DNA of 64,000 nt from Malacoraja senta (Eukaryota): NCBI GenBank assembly GCA_038087875.1, contig CM075988.1, positions 24,182,001 through 24,246,000 of the forward strand, in the 5' to 3' direction. The position numbers and the translations under genes were made by a program. The notes below the pieces were generated by a model. The model worked only from the letters and a program-made list of their open reading frames with translations. It had not been told where the DNA came from and did no database searches. The stretch's first letter is position 1; the number at the start of each line of letters is the position of its first letter. This document shows positions 13,684 to 26,900 of this stretch, in pieces.

Positions 13684-14522
13684 AGTGCAGAGATTCAAGA
13701 TTACAACCCAAAACATTTCAGACCCAGTTATTATTTCAGGATGATCATGTTTAACACCTTTAATTAGTCTAAGTATACTTTGTGTCATGAAATTGCAAAA
13801 TGCCAGCCATCGTGACAGAGACGGGGCTTATCGTCTGGATCTTCAATGGAAGACAAACCCAACCAACTCTTCATCTGCCCTCTGCCTCATTCTGCGGGGA
13901 GCTTTGCGGTACATGAAAGGAGTATCTATCAGGATAGTTTAAATTGATGTGTGGAAATAATAACATGATTAATCTATACTGCACAAACTAAATATCTATT
14001 CAAAACAAATAATTTTCTATTTCAACATAGAAATTAAGCTAGGATAGGTCTCTGGGGAAATATTCAGTGTCTAAAAGTTACCCCCTCAAGAATTGATGAT
14101 TGTGGAGAAGTTAAGTGCACTGTGGTACAATTTGGTTCCAAATTCTAGGAGCACAACGCTCGAGAATGAAGGAACTTCCATTGCAAGAATCAAAGGACAG
14201 TGGGGTGGAACAGCAAAGTGGTGTTGATGCAAAATAAAAAGGTAGAGGTGAAGGAACAAGCTGAGAAACAAAAAAAAGCCCAGAGGTGCAAATGCCAACA
14301 GCAAACTCACCAGAAACTGCCAAAGACAGACACAAAAAGCTGGAGTAACTCAGGTGGTCAGGCAGCATCTCTGGAGAAAAGGAATAGTTGACATTTCAGG
14401 TCGAGACCCTTCTTCAGAAACACCACCTATTCCTTCTCTCCAGCGATGCTGCCTGTCCTGCTGAGTTACTCCAGCTTTTTGTAACTATCTTCGGTATAAA
14501 CCAGCATCTGCAGTTCCTCCCT

Positions 14523-14554
<32 letters not shown>

Positions 14555-16518
14555 TCCACTGGACCCTAGGGTAATGGGCAAGGTTTGACCTCGTTAGATT
14601 TGTGATTGGAACACGAGGTGCTGACACTCAAGCCTCTTTCAGGCAACTTTGGAGCAGCGTCTGTGGATAAACAAATGGAGCAGAGTTTGAAGGAGGGAGG
14701 TGTGGTTTTAAGACGGCATATGATCAAAGTCTCAAGAATCCTTGCGGAAGTATTTTGCGAAGAGATTTCCTTACGTAAAATTGGACGAGCAGCCATAAAA
14801 GCTGACGGGAATATGTATTACCTCACCCACGAGTGCAATAATGCATAAATCCGCAGAAAAAAAAGGAATTAACATGACAATTTAAGGAGATGCATTATAA
14901 ATCAGATATATATTCAGGATTACAACTGAAGAACATCATATCCCTCCAAAAGATCCAATAGATTTGAAATTCATTAATTGTCATTTTGAGTTAGGGGAAC
15001 AATTCCAAATAGTCTCATGCAATTTACTCCACAGTCAGGACATGTTCAGTGCATGCCAAATAGTCTTATATTCACTGGTGAAGGACGCGAGTGAAGAATG
15101 TGCAATCATAGCTTCCTCGGTTGCCTTTGCCCCAGCTAAGCCCAACAGCGCTGCCCCAGAGTCAGAAGACCAAGCACCAATGCGCGCGCACTCCAGGGCT
15201 GGAGGTTGTAATCTGGCCCGACACGTGAATGCACACTAATGGGCCGTGCATCACGACATGTTTGAAAAATCCATGGGAACAAAGCCTTTCAACATCCTTT
15301 CAGATGGTACAGACACGCTAATACAGGTTGCAAGCTCCGTCATTCAGAGCCATTCATTATGTCAGAATGCACAGAACTCTCTCTCTCTCTCTCTCTCTCA
15401 CACACATCAACTTCCTTTAAACCACAGCTGCAAATTTGCATTTGAATTGTGTTAATTATGCACACAGATTTTCCGTCCTCATCCATGGAATCATCATCGA
15501 AGACAGACACAAAACGCTGGAGTAACTCAGCGGGACAGGCGGCATCTCTGGAGAAAAGGGAATAGGTGACGTTTCGGGTCGAGACCTTCCTTCAGACGTC
15601 AGGAGGGTCTCGACACGAAACGCCACCTATTTCTTTCCTCAAGAGATGCTGCCTGACCCACCGAGTCACTCCGGCATTGTGTCCATCTTCAGCACAAACC
15701 GGCATCTGCAGTTCCCTCCCGCACAATTATCCCTCTCCGGTGCACTCGCCCAAATGTCCACAGATGTAATCCAGTGCATCAGGTTAAACGATGGTGACTG
15801 GATTCTTCTCACCCTACTCCACACTAGCAAACTGCATTGTTGCACAGCGGCCTGGAATACGATTTTTTTGCTTAGTTTAGAGATACAGCACAGAAACAGG
15901 CCGGCCCTTCAGCCCACGCCGACCAGCGATCTCCTCAAGCTTACACTATTCTAAAAGTTGTGACTATCTAAGGAACTGCAGATGCTGGTTTCCACCGAAG
16001 ATACACAAAATGCTGGAGTAACTCAGCGGGTCAGGCAGCATCTCTGGAGGGAAGGAAATGGGTGATATTTTGGGTCAAGACCCTTCTTCGGACCGAGAGA
16101 GCCTAGAAAGGCATTCTGTTGTCACACCACCCTTCCAAAAGCAACAGGGACTATACAACTGCTGCTGCTGTCTGCAATGCCACGTCTCATGAATCATTAA
16201 CAACCTATCCGAGGGCGTGAGAGAGATACTATGCTGCGTGGCTGGAAGTCTGCACACTCCTCTGCTCCTTCATTACATCGGTAACCACTGCTTCCTCGCA
16301 CAATCCTGTCATTAATTAATTTGACTCCTTAATTTGAAAGACAGAATGAATAGCAAATATTTAAAATAAATTTCAAATTCCATGTTATTCTCCCAGCCAG
16401 CAGAAAAACACAGCTGTGTTTCTTTAATTGTCAGCCCAGCCCATGGGTGCCTCAATAAGTCTCCAAATTGAATTTATATGTTGATGCCTCATCATTTTCC
16501 GTTTAGAGATGGTCCCAC

Positions 16519-16628
16519 TTGCCACAGTCTTTGGAGTTCGTCATACGACTGCTCAACATTTTGTTCATCAGTACTGCGCTCGTAGTTAGTCAGCTTGGCA
16601 GTAGTCGCCGAGGCTGGATCGGAGCTGC
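16519..16628 (-). CDS. Candidate exon in a CpG-rich unique island; either internal (SSDPASATTAKLTNYERSTDEQNVEQSYDELQRLWQ, donor CAA|gtggga) or first coding exon (MNKMLSSRMTNSKDC-G, ATG at 16568, GC donor G|gcaagt after 16523)
   Basis: About 13 CpGs in ~240 bp of non-repeat DNA and open frames. Both models end in a phase compatible with an open frame of the 3259-3284 micro-exon. Splice signals are weak. Confidence 0.25.
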
Positions 16629-17691
16629 CTTAAGAACCCGATAGATGCAGGAAAGAAGCTGCGCCTGGACCTGGTGACGTGTGACCTCCTGCCCAGTGGC
16701 AACAGTGAGGAAAGGTGGGGGATCCCGAATGCCTTGAGGTAGCGCCGGATAACATTGCACCCATGCAGTTAGTCAAACAAAGCAGACAGATACAGACTCG
16801 TCGACGTCTGAAGAAGGGTCTCGACCAGAAACGTCACCCATTCCTTCTCTCCAGAGATGATGCCCGTCCTGCTGAGTCCAGCATTTTGTGTCTATCTTAA
16901 AGGACCACCCCTTTATTCTAAGACTGTGGCCCCTGGTTCTGGACTCGCCCAACATTGGGAACATTTTTCCTGCATCTAGCTTGTCCAGTCCCATTATAAT
17001 TTTATATGTTTCTATAAGATCCCCCTCATCCTTCTAAACTCCAGTGAATACAAGATGATGCCCGTCCTGCTGAGTTACTCTAGCATTTTGTGTCTAACTT
17101 CAGACATATTCATCAACACTCTCCCCAGTGCTTGTAACACAATCCCACCTTCACTGTGGCAGAGATTGGTACATGTACCACGGTACAGTGGCATTCCTTT
17201 TTTTTGCATACGGTTCAAAGTATTACTGTACAAGTTCATAAGGTTCTAGGAGCAGAATTAGGCCATTCGGCCCATCAAGTCTACTCCACCATTCAATCAT
17301 CGCTGATCTATCTTCCCCCCTCAACCCCATTCTCCTGCCTTCTTCCCATAACCATCCTACTAATCAAGAACCTATCAACCTCCACCGTAAAAATATCCAT
17401 TGACTTGCCCTCTGCAGCCTCCTGTGGCAACGCCTCTGGTCTGAGACTCTCCCACTAGTGAAAATAACCTCTCCACATCCACTCTATCCAGGCCCATCAC
17501 TATTTCGGCGAGTACATACGAGGTCACCCCCTCGTCTTCTAGATTAGAACGAACAGGCCCAGTGCCTTCAAACACTCATCATCGGCAGAGTTGCTGCCTC
17601 ACAGCGCCACAGACCTCATTTCAATCCCGACCTCGGGTGCTGTCTGTACGGAATTTGTACATTCTCCCTGTGGCCGTATGGGTTCCCTCCA

Positions 17692-17910
17692 GTTTCTGTG
17701 GAATTCTCTGCCTCAGAGGGCGGTGGAGGCGGGTTCTCTGGAAGCTTTCAAGAGAGAGCTAGAGAGGGCTCTTACAAATAGCGGATTCAGGGGATATGGG
17801 GAGAAGGCAGGAACGGGGTACTGATTGGGGATGATCAGCCATGATCACATTGAATGGCGGTGCTGGCTCGAAGGGTCGAATGGCCTACTCCTGCACCTAT
17901 TGTCTATTGT
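17692..17910 (+). mobile_element. CR1 3' end nested inside an HE1-type SINE (SINE pieces ~17575-17690 and ~17915-18065)
   Basis: LWNSLPQRAVEAGSLEAFKRELERAL; the SINE body resumes after the CR1 tail. Confidence 0.8.
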
Positions 17911-20027
17911 TTCCTCCAAAGAAGTACAGGTTTGTACGTTGATTGGCTTCAATAAAATTGTAAATTGTCCCGTGTGCCCAGGATAGTGTTAGCGTGCTGG
18001 GATCGCTGGCTGGCGTGGACTCCATGGGCCGAAGAGCCCGCTTCCACGCTGTATCACGAAACTAAATCAGCAGGTTTTGGTGCCATTTGGGAGAGAATCA
18101 ATGGAGAGAGAGAGAGAAGGTACACCCGCGTCTAACACACTGCCACAATGCAAGGCAAAGCAGGCGAGGTACATTTCTAGACATTAATGTAGCGTGATGT
18201 CAGTAAATGTTTGACAAAAATGCTGGAGAAACTCAGCGGGTGAGGCAGCATCTATGGAGCGAAGGAATAGGCGACGTTTCGGGTCGAGACCTGAAACGTT
18301 GCCTATTTCCTTCGCTCCATTGATGCTGCCTCACCCGCTGAGTTTCTCCAGCATTTTTGTCTCCCTTCGATTTTTCGAGCATCTGCAGTTCTTTCATCTT
18401 TCAGTTTGACTGTCAGTTAAAATAAGGTTGGCAAGGTCACCCATTTTACCAGATGGTGATGGTTTTACTTCATCTAAGTTTTCTTCCACCATTTATTATT
18501 CAGTTGCTTTCACTAAAACTCTTTGCCATCAAAGTGAGAGATGGAACCAACACTTTTATCTGTATTGATTCCATCTCTCTGCCTTGCCTGGTTACGCTCT
18601 TTCCCAGCTACCACTGTTCTTCAAATCTCACAGAACCTTGCAGACTAATCCAAATGGACAAAGCACATCCACCTCTTGTGGTTTGCCAGTCTGGAACCAC
18701 ATGTTGAAAGAGGAAACCATCACCGGTGCAGAGTCCCAGGGCAATAGTATGAACGAGCAAATAATAGTAAGTCAGAGTTTTAGTTTAATTTAGAGATACA
18801 GTGCAGAATCAGACCCTACGGCCCCCCGAGTCTGCACCGACCAGCAATCCCCGCGCACTTACACTATCGCACACACACACGCGGGACAATTTATACTTTT
18901 ACCAAGCCAATTAACCTACAAACCTGTACGTCTTTTGGAGTGTGGGAGGAAACTGAAGATCTCAGGGAAAACCCCCAACAGGCCCACCCCCCCATGGTGC
19001 AGAGATGAAGAGGTTGGAGTTCGAGGGCTGTGGAGGCAAGAGGTTAGAGACTCGGAGCAAAGAGAGGTCGTTGTGGCTTTGAAAAACTTGATCAGAATTT
19101 AAAACCATGTGGTCTCCATGGCTTTAGACAGAGAACACAAACCAGAGTTAGCTGTTCCCCGCAGGCTGCATGAAAAGCCCTACAGTGTTCATCAGCCTTC
19201 AGCTCACAGCATCAATGCACGCTATGCTGAAGACAAGCAGAGTGGAAGAGGACCAACCTTTCCTCAACAGCTCTGGAAACAAGGAAGGACTTGCAGTTTA
19301 GAAACAAGATTCACAAATGAGCCTGGAAGTTACGAGGGTTTATTGTGCGTTTTGTGGAGGAAGTGTTTGTCTAAACTGTTCATGGAAGGGAAGTCAGACG
19401 TGGCAGAATGATGGCTGCAAATGAAAGGTACACACAAAATGCTGGAGTAATTCAGCGGGTCAGGCAGCATCTCTGGAGACAAAATGGGTGATGTTTCGGG
19501 TCGAGAGCCTTCCTTCAGACTGAGAGGAGGAGGAGGCCGGGCCAAAATGGGGAACACCTCCACTCGCTGAAGATAGACACAGAATGCTGGATCAATTCAG
19601 CAGGACAGGCAGCATCTCGGGAGAGAAGGAATGGGTGGCTTTTCAGGTAGCGAACCATTGTCACCCATAGCTGCTCTCCAGAGATGCTGCCTGTCCTGCT
19701 AAGTTACTCCAGCATTTTGTATCTATCTTCGGTTTAATCCAGCATCTGCAGTTCCTTCCCCCACGCTACCACTTGCTGGTTCCTCTTCAAGTCGCACGTC
19801 AAAATATTTAAGGCCAGACTTTCATTGTTGAGTTTAAATGGCGGAACTCCCTCGCCAGTAACACAGAGGGAGTTGCTTCAGGAGGACTACAATGGTTCAT
19901 GAGGAATTTGGGAATGAGCAATAAAACACAGCCCTTTACAAATCTCCTAAACAAACACAAAGAAAATCTAAACTAAAGGACAATAATACTATAGAGTCAA
20001 TAATACTATAGAGTCAATAATACCATA

Positions 20028-20362
20028 GGCAGGAAACATGTTCCTGATGTTGGGGGAGTCCACAACCAGGGGCCAGTGTTTAAGAATAAGGGGTAGGCCA
20101 TTTAGAACGGAGATGAAGGAAAACGTTTTCACCCAGAGAATTGTGAGTCTGTGGAATTCTCTGCCTCAGAGGACATTGGAGGCCGATTATCTGGATGCTT
20201 TCAAGAGAGAGTTAGATAGGGCTCTTAAAGATAGCGGAGTCAGGGGATATGGGGAGAAGACAGGAACGGGGTACTGATTGGGGATGATCAGCCATGATCA
20301 CATTGAATGGCGGTGCTGGCTCGAAGGGCCGAATGGCCTACTCCTGCACCTACTGTCTATTG
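20028..20362 (+). mobile_element. CR1 3' fragment preceded by a 17-bp tandem (caataatactatagagt x~2.5, 19981-20025)
   Basis: ORF 20038-20277 is the CR1 ORF2 C-terminus. Confidence 0.85.
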
Positions 20363-20689
20363 TCAACCAGGAGGCCAACGATCTGAAATCAGAAGAGTTT
20401 TTAGCCAGGGAATGACAAGAATGTTGAACATGGCAAAGATTGAGGCAAATAGTATTAATGTATTAAATTTGAAATGAGGGGGAAGATCTTTAGTTAAGTG
20501 AAAGCTCTGATGAGGTGCAAGTGAAAGGTAAACACTGGGCTTTTTATATTCCCTGCAAAAAGCACACGCACACACAGATTAGTGTCCAATTTGAGGGTTT
20601 TTTATATCCCCATTGAGGTTTAATTAGATAATTTACATAGCACCAAATTGAAAAATACTGCTCCCACAAATATCCATTAAATAGGTCAG

Positions 20690-20890
20690 CTCATCGGCGG
20701 GCACTCGAAACGAGTATGACAGTCCTCTCATGGAGGACGCCTGTGTGTGGCTTTATTTAACGTGGGGAGACTGGTGCACAGACAGCCACCACACGGTCCT
20801 TGACAGATCTGGGTCAGGATCCAGTGGCATGGAGTCCAAGACGACCGGGGACCCTTCTCTGCTGCAGCCTTCATCCGCCTTCCCAGCCGA
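20690..20890 (-). mobile_element. Short retroposon fragment, probably RTE-related
   Basis: GC-rich block ending (minus strand) gtcatactcgtttcgagtgcccgccgatga; resembles recalled RTE-associated ends; single copy in this window. Confidence 0.35.
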
Positions 20891-22832
20891 TAGCAACGCT
20901 ATAGAACTGGTCCGATTTCCTCGACTATGGCGAGGTTGTTAACACAGAATCAGGGCAACAACAGCAAACTCCAAAATAACATGCATGGTGGCGTAGCGGT
21001 AGAGCAGCTGCCTTACAGCGCCAGAGACCCAGGTTCGATCCTGACCATGAGTGCTTGTCTGTATGGAGTTTGTACGCTCTCCCCACGACCTGCGTGGGTT
21101 TTCTTCGGGAGCTCCTATTTCGCCCCCACGCTCCAAAGACGTAAAGGTTTGTAGGTTGTGTAGGAAGGAACTGTTTGATGATGGTTTAAATCAAAGGTAG
21201 ACACAAATTGCTGGAGTAATTCAGCGAGACAGGCATCATCTCTGGACAGAAGGAATGGGTGACTTTTCGGGTCGAGATCCTCGAAATGTCACCCATTCCT
21301 TCTCTCGAGAGGTTTATAGGTTAATTGGCTTGGCATAATTATACATTGTCCCCAGCAGGTGTAGGATAGTGTTAGTGTGTGGGCTCGGCGGGCCGAATGG
21401 CCTGTTTCCTCTCTGAATCTAAACTAACACAAATCTTTCAAGTATTATGCAATTATTCCTGAACGGGCTGAATCCACAGGGATTCCATATAGCTGGTAAT
21501 CCTTACTGTCTGAATTAACAGCATGTCAATTAAATCCCACAGCCAGAAATCCTCGTCTAAATAAACAAGATTTCTGGACTTCTGATATTCCGTAAATTTG
21601 CTACGCACGTTTGAGAGCATTTTTGCATTTCAGCGGCAGATATGTTATAAACACATTAAAAGGGCATTTGCTCGTCTTAAGTAGGGACAGCAAGCTATTA
21701 CAAAGAGCCTCTGTACTCGTTCCTGACGAAAGCCATGTGTGCGCGGAGCCTTACATCAAAGGATAAAATGTACGTGAATGAATATGATATTTTATTAGAA
21801 ACTATCATATTAAACTATCACACAGTGAAGGAGCCTAATACAGTGCACAGCTACCCCAATAGAAGCCTTTCAAACGCTTTATTCAAAGAATTGTTAATCC
21901 ACCTCCCAATATCTCACTCAGCTCAGCAGGCAATTATGTCTCTGTACTGCAGTGGATAAATCTTTCTCAACCTCCGCCTCCTGGGAACTATCAGTGCTCC
22001 GGCATAATGGCTTTGGAAAAAAAAAATCTGTTTGATATTGCCATATACTCGCTACTGCCCCTATCTATCACAATATAAATTGGTGTTATGGCCTTTACCG
22101 TCAGCAAACCCCAATCATGAATATGATCCAAACACAACACTTGGATGTCTCGACCCGAAACATCACCCACTCCTTCTCTCCGGCGATGCTGCCTGTCCCG
22201 CTGAGTTACTCCGGCATTTTGTGTCCATCTTCGTTTTAAAACAGCTTCCGCAGTTCCTTGCTACATTTAGGATCCGAGCTTCTTCCATTGTGAAGCAGAC
22301 TGCGACTGGACAGAAATTCACTGCAAACCTGCGCAGAGAGTCGGTGTTTTGACATATTGTTCCGTTTCATTGAACTGCAAAGGTCACTATCTGTTAAATA
22401 ATCTTCCCTCTATTAGCAAACATTGAAATCCTCCTTCATTCAGCAGGGTGGAGCAGCAGAGAGCATGTAGCCAGCCTTGTTGCTTTATGAATAGATTGCT
22501 CTCAGACTCAGGTACTCCATACAATGGAATGTTTTCAAATGCTTGGGTGCAACACACGCACATCGAACAAACAAATCAAACTGAAGGCTGTGGCAAAGAT
22601 GAAATAAATTAAAGGACCTGCCTGCATTTCGGCAACAAACTGCTAGGTATGTCCGACTCAGGCACACAGCAAGAATAGGGAATGTAGAACCGTGCAGCAC
22701 AAGATCAGGCCCTTCGGCCCACAATGTCCGTGCCGAACATGTCAAGTCTGACCCACAACATCACCCATTCCTTATCTCCAGGGATACTGCCTGTCCCGCT
22801 GAGTTACTCCAGCATTTTGTGTCTACCTTCAA

Positions 22833-23120
22833 GTTAAAGTAAGTAGGTTTATTGGCCAAGTATTCACATACAAGGAATTTGCCTTGGTGCTACGCCCACA
22901 AGTAACAACATGACATACAGTGACAGTTACGAATGACTCAGAAAACACTAAACATTAATAATAATAAAACATTAATGATAAAACACCATTGATCAAGCAT
23001 GTGAACCAACAAAATACCAGATCAAAGGGAGGCTACAGATTTTTGGCTGTTGAGTAGAGCAACTACTCGTGGATAAAAACTGTTTTTATGTCTGGCTGTG
23101 GCAGCTTTGACAATCCGGAG
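22833..23120 (-). mobile_element. Rex1/Babar-type LINE 3' end (near-identical inverted copy of 28085-28376)
   Basis: LRIVKAATARHKNSFYPRVVALLNSQ. Confidence 0.8.
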
Positions 23121-23589
23121 CGTAAACTGATCTCCTCTGCCTGCATGTTTAAGAAGGAACTGCGGATGCTGGAAAATCAAAGGTAGACAAAAATGCTGGA
23201 GAAACTCAGCGGGTGAGGCAGCATCTATGGAGCGAAGGAAATGGGCAACGTTTTTCGCCTGCATGCATGCATGTGATCCATATCCCTATTGAAACGCCTC
23301 TTACATGCCACTGTTGCATCTGCTCTTACCACCACCACCCATCAGCATGTGACAGGCAACCAGCACTGTTTAGAAAACAAAAGGCTTGCATCGCACATCT
23401 CATTGAACCTTCACCCCTCTAACCTTAAAGCCATGCCCTCGATGCTTTGATCTTCCCGCCCCGGATCTTCCCACCTCAGACTGCCGACTGTATTTCTGTG
23501 CCCTCTCATAACGTTATAAACATCCAGCACAAATTTTCCAATGGGGGTCAATCATGTGCTTCATTAGAGGTGAATTTCCCCCTGACGAT

Positions 23590-23910
23590 GATAGGTGAAG
23601 ACACACAGAATCTCTTGCCCAGAGCGGGGGGGAATCGAGGACCATGGGTTTAAGTTGAAGGGGGAAATAATTTAATAGGAATTCAAGGGGTAACATTTTC
23701 CACACAAAAGGCAGTGGGTGCATGGAACGAGATGCCAGAGGAGGTAGTCGAGGCAGAGATTCTCCCAACATTTAGACAGGTACATGGATAGGACACGTTT
23801 AATGGGATTAGGGCCAAATGCAGGCAGGTGGGAATAGTGTAGATGGGACATGTAGGTCAGCGTGGGCATGTTGGGCCGAAGGGCATGTTTCCACACTGTA
23901 TGACTCTATG
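23590..23910 (+). mobile_element. CR1-clade LINE 3' end of a second subfamily whose tail matches the SINE tail (HER1-like); further copies ~35300-35562 and ~42660-42990
   Basis: aggggtaacattttccacacaaaag..gggccgaagggcatgtttccacactgtatgactctatg; the last ~30 nt resemble the HE1-type SINE 3' end. Confidence 0.7.
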
Positions 23911-26900
23911 GTAACTAAACTCACCCAGTACATATCCCACTCCAACACTGTTGGGAAGAACATATTGGCCAAGATTTTCCCTATTATGAAACATAGAAAA
24001 ATAGGTGCAGGAGTAGGCCATTCGGCCCTTCGAGCAGCTTATCATCTAAAATCAGTACCCCGTTCCTGCTTTTTCCCCCCATATCCCTTGATTCCGTTAG
24101 CCCCAAGTGCTAAATCTAACTCTTGAAAACATCCAGTGAATTGGCCTCCACTGCCTTCTGTGGCAGAGAATTCCACAGATTCGCAACTCTCTGGGTGAGG
24201 AGGTTTATCCTCATCTCAGTCCTAAATGGCCTGTCCCTATTCCCGTATTGCCTCCCATTCCTCTGCCCAATCTGCAGAATCTACTTTAAAGTCTTCTTAG
24301 TCCCAGCTTAAAAGTCATAGAATTATAGCAGAGAGGGTGATCAAGTGTGGGGGAAGGGGAGGGAATGCAGGAAAACCTAGTGAAATTGGGTGTCAGACAC
24401 AGAATTAAGATCTTTGAAAATTATTTGCTGCTCCACAATGCAAATCTGTTTTTGTTTTAATATCAGAATTAACACGATTCTCAAGTTATTTTTTTCACGA
24501 TCTGTTATAAATATGTCCTTCCTGGAACTGCATTCACACTCTACACTCAACCCACATCGCTGTTCAAAACACATTTGCGTTTAGAAGCCAAGGCCAAAGA
24601 TGATTTTATTTTTAAATCAAGTGCTGTTAGAAAAAACAAAAAACTTCCCAGACAACCCCTCATTCCTTTGATACAACGTCTAATTTCTGATCGATCGTTA
24701 GTCATGTCAAATTGTACCAATTTCGGAGAACGGATGCGCCACCCTGCCTCATTCATTCCTGCACAGAATTCCATCGCTCCCCTCTCACTGCAATAAAGAC
24801 ATCAATACCTCAAAAATATGTTTGGCATCGCCCCTTCCAGAAAACCATTCCAAGTATTAATTACTATTTGCAAGATAGAGCGCTTCCTGACATCAGTAAC
24901 ATCAATTGCTGCTTTCAATCTACACCCTCTCAAGTATCAAATAAATATTCAGGAATGCATGTTTTTTTCTAACCACTTATTCTATCACCATACTGTAATG
25001 TTGGCATCATTGTTTAAATGGCAGGACCAATGCGTCTCAGCTCTGCTCATTAGCGATTATTCTTCACCCCCCCCCCCTCCCTTATGTAAACTTCTCTTTA
25101 CATAAGCCAGGAACTCTAATGCATTCAGACCCCAGCGGCATTTTTTATGCATTACTTATTTGACGAGCTAATCGGACAGCGTGGCAGCACAGCGGTAGAG
25201 TTGCTGCCTCACAGCACCAGAGACCAGGGTTTGATCCCAACTGTTGGTGATGTCGGTGTGGAGTTTGCATGGGTTTTCCCTGGGTGCTCCCGTTTCCCCC
25301 TACATCCGAAGACAAGCAGATTTGTAGGTTAATTGGCTTCTGTAAATTGTCTCTAGTACGTAGGATTGAACTAGTGTACGGGCGAAACTCAGCGGGCGAG
25401 GCAGCATCTATGTAGAGAAGGAGTAGGCGCCGTTTCGGGTCGAGTCCCAGTCTGAAGAAGGGTCTCCCGCTGAGTTTCTCCAGCACTTTTGTCCACCTTC
25501 GATTTTTCCAGCATCTGCAGTTCTTTCTTCAACAACTAGTGTACGGAGCGATCGCTGGTCAGGACGGACACAGTGGGCTGAAGGGCCAGTTTTCATGCTG
25601 TATCTCTAAACTAAACATACTCCACTAGCAGACTGAAGTAATGAATTTTGCTAATCAATGTCTGCATTGTTGAAGGCATGATTGCCAAAATATGGGAAGT
25701 TATCTACATTTTCCTGGGTCTTGCCATGGATCTTTATCGCTCGAGAATGGTGTTGTGTAGTCATAAAAATTGGAAACGGGCCCTTCGGCCCAACTTGCCC
25801 ATGCCGACCAAGATGCCCCATCTACACTCCTTCCACCTGCCTACGTTTGACCCACATCCCTCTAAATGTCTCCTATCCATGGAGCTGCCTAAATGGCTTT
25901 TTGCAGAGTAGAGTTGAGGATGAAGTTGGTAGATGGCTGTTGTTTTAAGGACATTCTCATGTAGGCTTCCGTGAATAAGCCAACGATAATTTGGTGCCCA
26001 GTCTCTGAACGGCATCCTGCAGCCGTAAGTGACGTCTTAAGGTCATCAGTTTCCTTGCGGCCTTCAAGTGACTGTATGGCTGTTTCTCTCTCCTCGAGGT
26101 GTGATGAAGTATCCAATCCAAAAAGACAGCGTTTTGCCATTAATTCGCTCTTAGATCTTTCGGAGATCAATTATTATCAAAAGCCATTAACAGCAAGATC
26201 CACAGCAAACCCAGCCACAATCAGCCCTTGTACATTAGCACCCGCTGCAAAGTGATAAATGAGTTGATGAGTCCGTCTGACATGTTAACTTAATCTTTTT
26301 CAAAGCATTGACTCAATTTCAAAGTAGAACATAGAACAGACCAACATAGGCACAAGCCCTTTGGCCCACAATGTTAGTGCCGAGGCATGATGCATGATGC
26401 CACGTTAAACTGATCTTATCTGCCTGTACATGACCTAGATCATATTCCCTGCACATCCATGTGCCTATTTAATAGCCTCTTAAATGCCCCTGTCGTATCT
26501 GCCTCCATCGCCATCCCTGGCAATGCCCACACTACTGTGTACAACTATGTCCCACACAGGTCCAATATACTTTCCCCTCTCACCTTATAGCTTTCCTCTC
26601 TTGTGTTGGACACTTCCACACTGGGGAAAAAAGGGTCAGACTGTCTACACCGTCTAAGTTTATTGTCAGTTGCACACCAACATTTAGCCAACAATCCCAT
26701 CATTGCCAAGAGGGGCCAACAACAATTGGAAATGCTGGGCCTCTTCTGAGAGGGTCTGTTGCTGCAGTTCACCTCCTCAAATCAGCTGCAAAACACAAGG
26801 TTGACAAGAAGCTACTCCATCAGCACCAAAGAACAGCGTTCAAGCACAAAAACAAGTAGGGCCTGCAAAGCATGCAAAGAATTAAATGGGAGGTTAATTG

